Source: an uncultured Planctomycetota bacterium
Lineage (GTDB): Bacteria > Planctomycetota > PLA2 > JAEUHO01
DNA: 64,000 nucleotides
Direction of reading: 5' to 3'
Assembly (NCBI GenBank): GCA_963752285.1
Contig: CAVVXN010000003.1
Location: forward strand, 32,001-96,000
Position numbers and translations under genes: made by a program. A model generated the notes under the pieces. That model was given only the letters and a program-made list of their open reading frames with translations, was not told the DNA's origin and searched no databases. This document shows, one piece after another, positions 7,911 through 16,137 of this stretch. Position 1 is the stretch's first letter. The number at the start of each line of letters is the position of its first letter.

Positions 7911-10472
7911 ATGACGCGCTTCACGAGGTTCACGCGGCTCCTCACCCTCGCGTCCGTAGCGTTGACCACCACGTCGACGCTCGTGCTGGCCGGTTGCGGC
8001 AACGGCTCGACGTCGGACGCGGTGACGCTTCCGCCCTCGACGATGGTGAAGGTGCATCAGTTCGCGTACGACCAGGCGACGAAGACCTATCTCGTGATGG
8101 GCGAGACCGTGACGCAGGACGCCGTCGATCGCGACCTCGTCGGCTCTCTCTGCGTTCACTGCCACTCGGACCAGGTCAGCCAGCTGCGCGACAGCGCGCA
8201 CTTCAAGCTCGCCGCGAAGACGAAGCGGGTGCTGTTCCCCGGCGGCGGCGCCCACGGCATGCTCGATCGCGCGTGCGGCCTCCCCGCCACGACCGGCCTC
8301 ACGAACTACAACTCGAACGTCGGTCTGAACGAATGCGCGAAGTGCCACGTGGACCGCTACATGCCCGCGATGGAGGGCTTCTTCGCGAGCATGTTCGGCC
8401 CGATGGGCGTGGCCGATCCGTCGGGCGAGGCGAGGCGCCTGGTGGACGCCGGACTCGACTGCATGGTCTGCCACGCCGCGAAGTACAAGTCGCACCCGAC
8501 CTCCGGCGTGCTGGCCGACGTCGCCGGCACCGCGACGGCGGACGCCACCTCCCCGACCCGCATCGGCGCGGCGCGTGACGCGCGCGACGACGGCGACTTC
8601 AACCACGACGGGAAGCCCGACCTGGTGATCGACGTGAACGGCGACGGGACGCCCGACGTGCCCCTCATGATGGACCGCGACGGCGACGGGACGCCCGAGA
8701 CGCCCTGGCCCACCGTGGCGCAGGACCGGAGCGCCGAGGCGATCCTCAGCATGGGGCCGACCTCCGAGGAGGCGTGCCTCAGGTGCCACGAGCACGCGCG
8801 CACGGGCTACAAGCGCGGCACCCTCTTCCTCGAGGGTCACGACGTCCACGCGAGCGCCACGAGCGGCCCGTTCCAGGGCGCCGACAACCGCTGCACGGTC
8901 TGCCACACCGCCGCCTGGCACAAGTTCGTCCGCGGCCACGAGGTGGGCGGCGACCTGGCCGCCGCGGACTACCCGCCGCCGGCTCCCGGGACGGCGCCGA
9001 ACCCCGCCGACCCCACCGAGCTCACCTGCCAGAAGTGTCACGATCCCGCGACCCTTCCGGAGTGGATCCACACCGAGCGGCACCTCGCCGTGATGGCCTG
9101 CGAGACGTGCCACATCCCGTACTCGAGCGGCATCACGTACTCGCTCTTCGGCCACGGGGGTCACGTCGCGTTCGCGCGCACCGACGCGGGGACGGACACG
9201 AAGCTGGTGGTGGCCGACATGTACGCCGCGGACGGCCGCGCCGACGTGGACGCCGACTGGGAGGCGTTCAAGAGCCGGCCGATCCTGACGTGGTTCGACG
9301 GCGGGACCTCGTTCCTCGCGCAGTCGCTCTCCGTGCGCGGGATGCCCAACGCGCGCATCACGCCCTTCAAGCCCATGGCCAACGGCATGGTCTTCGACGC
9401 GAGGTTCTTCCAGGGCGCGACCCTGAAGAACGACGCGGGCGCGGACTACAACGCGTACTCCATGTACCGGTTCTTCGCGAACGGCATGAACGCCGAGGCT
9501 TTCCAGGCGCTCGGCATGCTCGAGATGAGCCCCGCCGCGGTCCGGCAGGTGACGCTCAACAGCTTCTTCGACCCGGACCCCACGGTCCAGGCGATGGCGC
9601 TGATGCAGATCTTCCCGAACCTCGTGTACTTCGACAAGGCAGACTACGGCTACGAGCACTACCTCACGAAGACCGGATCGCCCTACGACCAGAACCACGA
9701 CGGGGTGATCGACGCCGGGCAGCCCTTCCTCTTCGACATGCTGCACGCGTCGAACGCCGGTCTCGCCCAGTTCCAGGCCTTCAACGGCCCGATGGGCTTC
9801 CCGAAGGCCTACTCGTGGTACCCGACCTTCTCGGGCGTCCAGGACGTGATCAGCATGAAGCTCCCCGACGGGAGCCTCATCAAGATGTTCCTCGAGATGC
9901 AGGCCACAAAGCTCCCGCCGGACCAGCAGGCCGCGTACCTCGCGGCGGTCGCGAGCTACCCCGCCTACTCGAACGTCACGCTCGGGGGGCACGGCGTGCT
10001 CCCGAAGGAGGCGGCGCTCGGGAACAACTGCATGGACTGCCACGGCGCGGGCGGCGTGCTGTCGCACCCGGTCCCGGTCACCCGGAAGGTCCGGACCGAC
10101 ATGGGGATGCTCGGCCAGCTCGACCTCCCGCTCTACCGGTGGCGGTACTACCAGGTGCGGGCCCTCACGGACCTCGGCCTCTCGACCAGCTCGGAGGAGG
10201 TGTTGGCCGGCGCGAAGAACGTGGATGTCGCCGGGAATACGACCTACCTCCGGGACAGCGCGACCGACTTCGTGCTGAACTGGCTCGTGCCGAACGCGCC
10301 GGGCGGCTACCGCGCGGCCGACGACCCGACGGCCCTCCAGGGCACGGGCCTCACGGCCGACGACCTGACCTGGCACGGTGGGGCCTGGATGCCGGTCCTC
10401 GAGCCCGTCGTGGACATGCGCCCCAACTACGAGGTCTTGGGGTACGACAGGTCGGAGATCCTCTGGAACTAG
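7911..10472 (+). CDS. Octaheme c-type cytochrome lipoprotein, OTR (octaheme tetrathionate reductase)-like
   Basis: Lipobox LAGC; eight CxxCH (CVHCH, CAKCH, CMVCH, CLRCH, CTVCH, CQKCH, CETCH, CMDCH); OTR-like context (DVH, ACETCHIP, ITPFK, HGVLPKEAAL before the isolated eighth heme). Confidence 0.85.
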   Translation: MTRFTRFTRLLTLASVALTTTSTLVLAGCGNGSTSDAVTLPPSTMVKVHQFAYDQATKTYLVMGETVTQDAVDRDLVGSLCVHCHSDQVSQLRDSAHFKLAAKTKRVLFPGGGAHGMLDRACGLPATTGLTNYNSNVGLNECAKCHVDRYMPAMEGFFASMFGPMGVADPSGEARRLVDAGLDCMVCHAAKYKSHPTSGVLADVAGTATADATSPTRIGAARDARDDGDFNHDGKPDLVIDVNGDGTPDVPLMMDRDGDGTPETPWPTVAQDRSAEAILSMGPTSEEACLRCHEHARTGYKRGTLFLEGHDVHASATSGPFQGADNRCTVCHTAAWHKFVRGHEVGGDLAAADYPPPAPGTAPNPADPTELTCQKCHDPATLPEWIHTERHLAVMACETCHIPYSSGITYSLFGHGGHVAFARTDAGTDTKLVVADMYAADGRADVDADWEAFKSRPILTWFDGGTSFLAQSLSVRGMPNARITPFKPMANGMVFDARFFQGATLKNDAGADYNAYSMYRFFANGMNAEAFQALGMLEMSPAAVRQVTLNSFFDPDPTVQAMALMQIFPNLVYFDKADYGYEHYLTKTGSPYDQNHDGVIDAGQPFLFDMLHASNAGLAQFQAFNGPMGFPKAYSWYPTFSGVQDVISMKLPDGSLIKMFLEMQATKLPPDQQAAYLAAVASYPAYSNVTLGGHGVLPKEAALGNNCMDCHGAGGVLSHPVPVTRKVRTDMGMLGQLDLPLYRWRYYQVRALTDLGLSTSSEEVLAGAKNVDVAGNTTYLRDSATDFVLNWLVPNAPGGYRAADDPTALQGTGLTADDLTWHGGAWMPVLEPVVDMRPNYEVLGYDRSEILWN

Positions 10473-10510
10473 GGGGGTATTCCAGCCTCCCCCCTTGGGG
10501 ACGGCCGGCA

Positions 10511-10600
10511 CGCTGAGAGGCCAGTTCGCACGCCTTCCTCCTCCTTGCGTCCGTTCGGACGCGGCGTCGTCGTCATGCGCACTCCTTTGGCCTCTCAGCG
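10511..10600. other. Long imperfect hairpin (REP-like or structured RNA element)
   Basis: Perfect 13-bp inverted repeat CGCTGAGAGGCCA / TGGCCTCTCAGCG enclosing the inner hairpin GCGTCCG-TT-CGGACGC. Confidence 0.6.
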
Positions 10601-10633
10601 CGCCGCTTGGTGGAGGCCGCGTTGGCGTGCGTT

Positions 10634-11167
10634 GCTCGCGGGGCCGCCTTTGGCGGCGCCGCGTCGCGGGCGGTGTGGGGCGGGCTCGCGGGGCCGCCTT
10701 TGGCGGCGCCGCGTCGCGGGCGGTGTGGGGCGGGCTCGCGGGGCCGCCTTTGGCGGCGCCGCGTCGCGGGGGTGTGGGGCGGGCTCGCGGGGCCGCCTTT
10801 GGCGGCGCCGCGTCGCGGGGGTGTGGGGCGGGCTCGCGGGGCCGCCTTCGGCGGCGCCGCGTCGCGGGGGTGTGGGGCGGGCTCGCGGGGCCGCCTTTGG
10901 CGGCGCCGCGTCGCGGGCGGTGTGGGGCGGGCTCGCGGGGCCGCCTTTGGCGGCGCCGCGTCGCGGGCGGTGTGGGGCGGGCTCGCGGGGCCGCCTTTGG
11001 CGGCGCCGCGTCGCGGGGGTGTGGGGCGGGCTTGTGGGGCCGCCTTTGGCGGCGCCGCGTCGCGGGCGGTGTGGGGCGGGCTTGTGGGGCCGCCTTTGGC
11101 GGCGCCGCGTCGCGGGGGTGTGGGGCGGGCTTGTGGGGCCGCCTTTGGCGGCGCCGCGTCGCGGGGG
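10634..11167. repeat. Tandem repeat, 11 units of 49-50 bp (last one partial)
   Basis: Unit GCTCGCGGGGCCGCCTTTGGCGGCGCCGCGTCGCGGG(C)GGTGTGGGGCGG starting at 10634, 10684, 10734, 10783, 10832, 10881, 10931, 10981, 11030, 11080, 11129. Confidence 0.95.
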
Positions 11168-11320
11168 AGGGGCGGACTCGCGGGGAGACCGTCTGGTTAC
11201 CGGGCGGGGGCGGGGGCGGGGGGTGGGGGGCCGCTCGGCGGGGGGCGCTGCCGGCGGATCCTCGACGGATGCGGGGGGGTTGGCCTATACATGACGGCCG
11301 ATCCCTGGAGGAGGGACCCC

Positions 11321-11806
11321 ATGCGACGCCCCTCGCGTTCGATCCCCGTGGGCCTCATCGCCATCGCGCTCGGGCTCGGGCTCGGTCTCGGGCTCGTCGG
11401 GTGCGGCAGCGGCGGAGACGGGACCGGCACCGCGGGCGCCCCCCAGGCGCAGGACCAGCTCGTGATCTCGGGAACCGGCGGTTCCGAGGACGTGCGGAAC
11501 CAGCCGGTCCAGACCGTGATCGTCCAGTCCTTCCAGAAGGACGTGTTCGTCTACCAGACCGTCGGCACGATGTACGTGGTGGACCCGCCCGCCGGCACCG
11601 GCGGAGAGAACAACGTCAGCTTCGTGAACGACGCCCAGGTCGGACTCGTCGAGGTGGACAACGACGGGAACTCCGTCTACGTCGGGGGCACCACCCACGT
11701 CGGCACGGTCCGCGTGAAGGGCAACGGGAACACCGTCTACGTCGTGGCGGGCAGTACGACGGTGGACAACCAGGGCATCGGCAACGCCATCGTGAACCTG
11801 CCCTGA
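11321..11806 (+). CDS. Small beta-rich lipoprotein (DUF3060-like solenoid repeats)
   Basis: GGAGGAGG RBS, lipobox LVGC, repeats VEVDNDGNSVYV / VRVKGNGNTVYV. Confidence 0.75.
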   Translation: MRRPSRSIPVGLIAIALGLGLGLGLVGCGSGGDGTGTAGAPQAQDQLVISGTGGSEDVRNQPVQTVIVQSFQKDVFVYQTVGTMYVVDPPAGTGGENNVSFVNDAQVGLVEVDNDGNSVYVGGTTHVGTVRVKGNGNTVYVVAGSTTVDNQGIGNAIVNLP

Positions 11807-12120
11807 TGTCCGAGGTGGTCCTCGCCCTGTATCGGCCCCACGAGGGCCAGGCGGACGCGCTCGCCCGCCTGGTCGAGCGTCACCTGCCGCTCCTTCGCGA
11901 GAAGGGGCTCGTGACGGACCGCCCGTCCCTGTTGCTCCGCGCCTCGGACGGGACGCTCCTCGAGATCTTCGAGTGGAGGGCGGGGGCACCCCAAAAGGCG
12001 CACGTGGACCCCGGCGTGGACGCCCTGTGGGACGAGATGGGGAAGATCGCCGACTTCCCCTCGCTGCGCGACCTCCCCGAGGCGGGGACGCGGTTCCCGC
12101 ACTTCGTCCCCGTGGCGTGA
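11806..12120 (+). CDS. Small hypothetical protein, possible ABM/dimeric alpha-beta barrel fold
   Basis: TGATG coupling; LALYRPHEG, DGTLLEIFEW, AHVDPGVDALW. Confidence 0.7.
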   Translation: MSEVVLALYRPHEGQADALARLVERHLPLLREKGLVTDRPSLLLRASDGTLLEIFEWRAGAPQKAHVDPGVDALWDEMGKIADFPSLRDLPEAGTRFPHFVPVA

Positions 12121-13943
12121 CGGGCCGCCGCGTGCGCGCACCGTCTCGCGTACGGCGCGGCGTCGCCTTGCTCCTTGCCCTCGCCCTCGCGTTCGCGGGC
12201 GGCCTTGCGTCGTGCGGGGGCTCGGGAGGAGGCTCGACCCCGACCCCGGAGCCGCCCACCGTGCTCCTCGCCATCGGCGACGCGACCGCCGACTCCGTCG
12301 TCCTCCTGGCGGCCCCGACCGCGCTCGGCCCGGTGCACTTCGAGGTGGACGACGACGCGGACCTCGCGAGCCCGCTCGTCTCCACCTCGGTGGACGCGGT
12401 CGGGACCGACCTGCCCGTGAAGCTCGACGTGTCGGGTCTGCTCGCCGGCACGCCGTACTTCGTGCGCGCGACGGACGCCGCGGGCCGCGCCCGGACGGGC
12501 CGGTTCCGCACGCCGGCCGCGCCGGGCGCCCGGCGCGGGCTCCGCTTCGGCGTGAGCGGCGACTGGCGCGGCGAACTCGCGCCATACCCCTCCGTCGCGA
12601 ACGTGCCGTCCCGGGACCTCGACTTCTTCGTCGAGCTCGGCGACACGATCTACGCCGACTTCCCTTCGCCGGCCGTTCCCGCGGCGCAGGCCTCGACCGT
12701 CGCCCAGTATCGCGCGAAGCACCACGAGGCCTACGCGCCGCACCTGGGTCTCGAGGCGTTGGGCGCCATTCGACGGAACACCGTCGTCTACGCGATGCTC
12801 GACGACCACGAGGTCACGAACGACTTCGCCGGGGGCGCGCCGGCCGGAAGCGACGCGAGGTTCTCGCTCTCCGGCGGGGAGACCTTCCTCTCCGACACGA
12901 CGCTCTTCGCCCACGGTCTCGACGCGTTCGTCGCGTGGAACCCGATCCGGGACGAGACATGGTCGGGAACGAACGACCCCGACGCCCCGGGCTCGCCCGA
13001 CCCGCGGATGGAGGGACGTCGGCGGCTCTACCGCGCGCGTCGCTTCGGCGACGACGCCGTGCTCCTCGTGGTGGACGCGCGGTCGTTTCGGAGCGAGCCG
13101 ATCGCGGACGTCCTGGACCCCAACGACACGGCGGGTCTCGACGCGTTCTTCCGTGCGACCTACGGCCTCGACACGACCCTCGACACGGGCGGGCGGACGC
13201 GGACCTTTCTCGGGGCGAGCCAGGTCCAGGCGCTCGAGGCCGACCTCCTGGCCGCCCAGTCGGACGGCGTCCAGTGGAAGTTCGTGCTCGTGCCCGAGCC
13301 GATCCAGAATCTCGCGCCGTTCGCGGCGTCGGACCGCTACGAGGGGTATGCCCGCGAGCGCGACGCGCTGCTCCGCTTCGTCGCGGAGCAGGCCGTCACG
13401 AACGTCGTCTTCGTCGCGGCCGACATCCACGGCACGCTCGTGAACGACCTCTCCTACCAGATCCCGCCCGACGTCGGCCCCGGGCAGCCCCGCTACGACG
13501 TGCCGGGCGCATTCGAGATCACGACGGGCCCCGTCGCGTTCGACGCGCCGTTCGGCCCTACCGTCGTGGACCAGGCCGTGGCCGCGGGCCTCATCACGCC
13601 CGCCGAGCGGACGGCGTACCGCGCCCTCTCGATGGACCAGAAGGACGCCCTCCTCCACCAGACGTACGACGACCTGATCGCGACCCCGCCCGCCCAGGGC
13701 GGCCTCGGGCTCGACCCGCTGGGCCTCGCGGCCGCGAAGGCGACGCTGCTGGAGGGCGACTGGGTCCGCGTGAACGCGTACGGGTGGACCGAGCTCTCGA
13801 TCGACGCGTCCACCGGCCGGCTCGAAGTCACGACGTACGGGATCGATCCCTACACCGCGAACGACCTTCTGCGCGACCCCGGCGCGGTCATCACCCGCGC
13901 GCCCCGCGTGATCCAGCGCTTCGTCCTCGATCCGACGCCCTGA
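12117..13943 (+). CDS. phoD: Alkaline phosphatase D family, exported lipoprotein
   Basis: GTGA overlap; FVELGDTIYAD, MLDDHEVTNDF, VVDARSFR, DRYEGY, VFVAADIHG; Arg-rich signal and LASC lipobox; start uncertain. Confidence 0.88.
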   Translation: MTGRRVRAPSRVRRGVALLLALALAFAGGLASCGGSGGGSTPTPEPPTVLLAIGDATADSVVLLAAPTALGPVHFEVDDDADLASPLVSTSVDAVGTDLPVKLDVSGLLAGTPYFVRATDAAGRARTGRFRTPAAPGARRGLRFGVSGDWRGELAPYPSVANVPSRDLDFFVELGDTIYADFPSPAVPAAQASTVAQYRAKHHEAYAPHLGLEALGAIRRNTVVYAMLDDHEVTNDFAGGAPAGSDARFSLSGGETFLSDTTLFAHGLDAFVAWNPIRDETWSGTNDPDAPGSPDPRMEGRRRLYRARRFGDDAVLLVVDARSFRSEPIADVLDPNDTAGLDAFFRATYGLDTTLDTGGRTRTFLGASQVQALEADLLAAQSDGVQWKFVLVPEPIQNLAPFAASDRYEGYARERDALLRFVAEQAVTNVVFVAADIHGTLVNDLSYQIPPDVGPGQPRYDVPGAFEITTGPVAFDAPFGPTVVDQAVAAGLITPAERTAYRALSMDQKDALLHQTYDDLIATPPAQGGLGLDPLGLAAAKATLLEGDWVRVNAYGWTELSIDASTGRLEVTTYGIDPYTANDLLRDPGAVITRAPRVIQRFVLDPTP

Positions 13944-13945
13944 GC

Positions 13946-14539
13946 TCAGCGCGACTTCGCGAGCCCGTGCGGGTGGTACCCCCGAACGTACCCGATCAGG
14001 TCCCGAAAGAAGTCGTGGTACCCGAAGGCGTGCATCTCCTCGACGGCGTCCTCGTTCGACCAGCGGTCCACCTCGATGCGGTAGAGGGCGGCCATCGTTC
14101 CCGTTCGATCCTGCCCGTGGGCGCAGTGGAAGTACACGGGGCGCCGCGCGGGGTCGAGCACCACGTCGAAGAACTCGCGCACCTGGGCCTCGGTCGGGGG
14201 CTCGGAGCCGAAGATGTCGGCCTGGAGCGGGATGTGTACGTACGAGAAGCCCCTCGACTCGACCGCCCGACGCTCGTCGTGATGCTGGCGGAGGCTTACG
14301 ATCGTCCGGACGCCGAGCCGGCGGAGCTCGTCGTAGCCTTGCGCGTCGGGCTGGCCCCCGCGGTAGAGACCGTCGTCGATCCGCGCGAGGTGGGGAATCG
14401 GCGAGGCGATCGGCGTCGCGATCGTCTGACCGCCGCTCGTCCGCGTGCGATCGGTCGCGCCGGGCGCGGGACCGGAGCACCGTCCCACGAGCAGCGGGAC
14501 CAGGAGGAGCAGGAGGAGCGAACAGCGGGGAGGTCGCAC
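13946..14539 (-). CDS. Cys-based protein tyrosine/dual-specificity phosphatase with signal peptide
   Basis: GLYRGGQP, PVYFHCAHGQDRTG (CX5R), AVEEMHAFG; GTG start at 14539 approximate. Confidence 0.85.
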   Translation of the reverse strand: MRPPRCSLLLLLLVPLLVGRCSGPAPGATDRTRTSGGQTIATPIASPIPHLARIDDGLYRGGQPDAQGYDELRRLGVRTIVSLRQHHDERRAVESRGFSYVHIPLQADIFGSEPPTEAQVREFFDVVLDPARRPVYFHCAHGQDRTGTMAALYRIEVDRWSNEDAVEEMHAFGYHDFFRDLIGYVRGYHPHGLAKSR

Positions 14540-14645
14540 GGTTCGCGGCCAGGATAGGCGAGGGCGTGAGCCCGGAGGGCCCGGGCACGAGAAGGCCGTC
14601 ACGAGGGAGGGCCTCGTGACGGCCGTTCGTCCGAAACCGGACCTG

Positions 14646-14795
14646 CTACGGCTTCTTCGGCGGCTGCGACACCGGCGGAGTGGAGGGCCGGCTGGGCGGC
14701 GTCGAGGGAGCGGGCCTCGCCTGCGGCTGGGCGGGCGACGCCTTCGACGGCGGGGTGCTGGTCTTGGGTCCGGTTTCCTTCTTCGGGGTGGCCAC
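14646..14795 (-). CDS. Small Pro/Ser/Thr/Lys-rich protein (~49 aa)
   Basis: GGAG then GTG (alternative ATG 14810); (M)[48 protein letters not shown]; mostly G/C third positions; sigma54 motif upstream. Confidence 0.5.
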   Translation of the reverse strand: MATPKKETGPKTSTPPSKASPAQPQARPAPSTPPSRPSTPPVSQPPKKP

Positions 14796-14878
14796 GATCG
14801 ACGTCTCCATGCGCCGGGCGGGCGCGCGCGGCAGCGACGCGGCCGGAGGGATCCGGCCGGGGTGCCGGCCGAGGGGGG

Positions 14879-14894
14879 AGCAACGCGCGTTCCC
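14879..14894 (-). promoter_or_regulatory. Putative sigma54 -24/-12 promoter
   Basis: Minus strand GGGAACGCGCGTTGCT = GG-N10-GC with TTGC; adjacent to an enhancer-binding protein gene. Confidence 0.6.
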
Positions 14895-15053
14895 GGGGCG
14901 TCCTCCGATCTCTGACATCGCAAGTCACTTTGGAGCAAGGACTTACGACGACCGTGGCGGGGGGCCCGGCGGCCGGGACTCGACGGGCGCTCGCCGCACC
15001 GGAAAATCGGGGGCGTGCCGCCGGGAATCCGGTCCCTCGCGGCGGGAGACCCC

Positions 15054-16109
15054 GTGGGACTCTCGATCGTCCTGGCCGCTCCCCCGACCCTGCTCGACGA
15101 CGTCTCGACGGCGAACCCGGCGATGCGACGTCTCGTCGAGACCGCGCGCCGCGTCGCGGCGAGCGACTCGTCGGTCCTCGTGCTCGGCGAGACGGGCGCG
15201 GGCAAGGAGTGGCTCGCCCGGGCCGTGCACCGCGCCGGACCGCGCGCGGGAGGGCCGTTCGTGGCGGTGAATTGCGGCGCCCTCCCCGAGACCCTCCTCG
15301 AGAGCGAGCTGTTCGGGCACGAGAAGGGCGCCTTCACCGGCGCGATTCGCGTGCACCGCGGGCACTTCGAGGTCGCGACGGGCGGCACGATCTTCTTGGA
15401 CGAGGTGGCGGAGCTCCCGCCTCATCTCCAGGTGCGGCTCCTGCGCGTGCTCCAGGAGCGGGCCGTGCAACGGGTCGGCGGCGAGCACCCCACCGCGGTG
15501 GACGTCCGCGTGATCGCGGCGACGAACCGCGACGTGTCCCAGGACCTCGCGCGGGGGCGCCTCCGGGAGGACCTCTATTACCGCCTCGCCGTCGTCACGC
15601 TCACGATGCCCCCGCTGAGAGATCGCGCCGAAGACATCCCCGCGCTCGCGCGCTCGTTCCTGGAGCGCCACGCGCGCGCGGGGTCCCCCGAGGGGCGGGA
15701 CCTTGCCCCGGAGGCGATGGAAGCGCTCCGCCGCTATCCCTGGCCCGGGAACGTGCGCGAGCTGGCCAACGTGATCGAGCGCGCCGTCCTCCTCTGCTCG
15801 GGGTCGCGGATCGAGGCCACCGATCTCCCCGCCGAGATCGCGCTCGGTACCGCCCTCGCGGCCGCGTCGCCATCGCCGGCGCGGGCGGCCGGTCACGAGG
15901 TGCCGTTCTCCGACGCGAGGCGCGACGCGCTCGACCGCTTCGAGCGGGCGTACGTGGACGACGTCCTGAGGAAGGCCGGCGGTCGCGTCGGCGAGGCCGC
16001 GGCGCGCGCGGGCCTGAGCCCGCGCACGCTCTACGACCTGATGCGCCGTCACGGCCTCAAGAAAGAGGACTACCGCTTCCGGGCGGAGGCCGCGTCGCCG
16101 CAGGTCTGA
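15054..16109 (+). CDS. Sigma54-dependent enhancer-binding protein with no N-terminal sensory domain
   Basis: [42 protein letters not shown], Fis-type HTH; start GTG 15054 (or 15015). Confidence 0.92.
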   Translation: MGLSIVLAAPPTLLDDVSTANPAMRRLVETARRVAASDSSVLVLGETGAGKEWLARAVHRAGPRAGGPFVAVNCGALPETLLESELFGHEKGAFTGAIRVHRGHFEVATGGTIFLDEVAELPPHLQVRLLRVLQERAVQRVGGEHPTAVDVRVIAATNRDVSQDLARGRLREDLYYRLAVVTLTMPPLRDRAEDIPALARSFLERHARAGSPEGRDLAPEAMEALRRYPWPGNVRELANVIERAVLLCSGSRIEATDLPAEIALGTALAAASPSPARAAGHEVPFSDARRDALDRFERAYVDDVLRKAGGRVGEAAARAGLSPRTLYDLMRRHGLKKEDYRFRAEAASPQV

Positions 16110-16137
16110 GAAGCGCGGCGGAGTCGGTGCCGCGGCG

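Noticed and set aside
10634..11167. CRISPR array
   Set aside because: Units are contiguous near-identical repeats with no unique spacers, and there are no cas genes in the window.
10378..11320. Long ORFs through the repeat in all three + frames
   Set aside because: Open only because the A-free strand cannot form stop codons; 49/50-bp units shift frame; the real gene starts at 11321.
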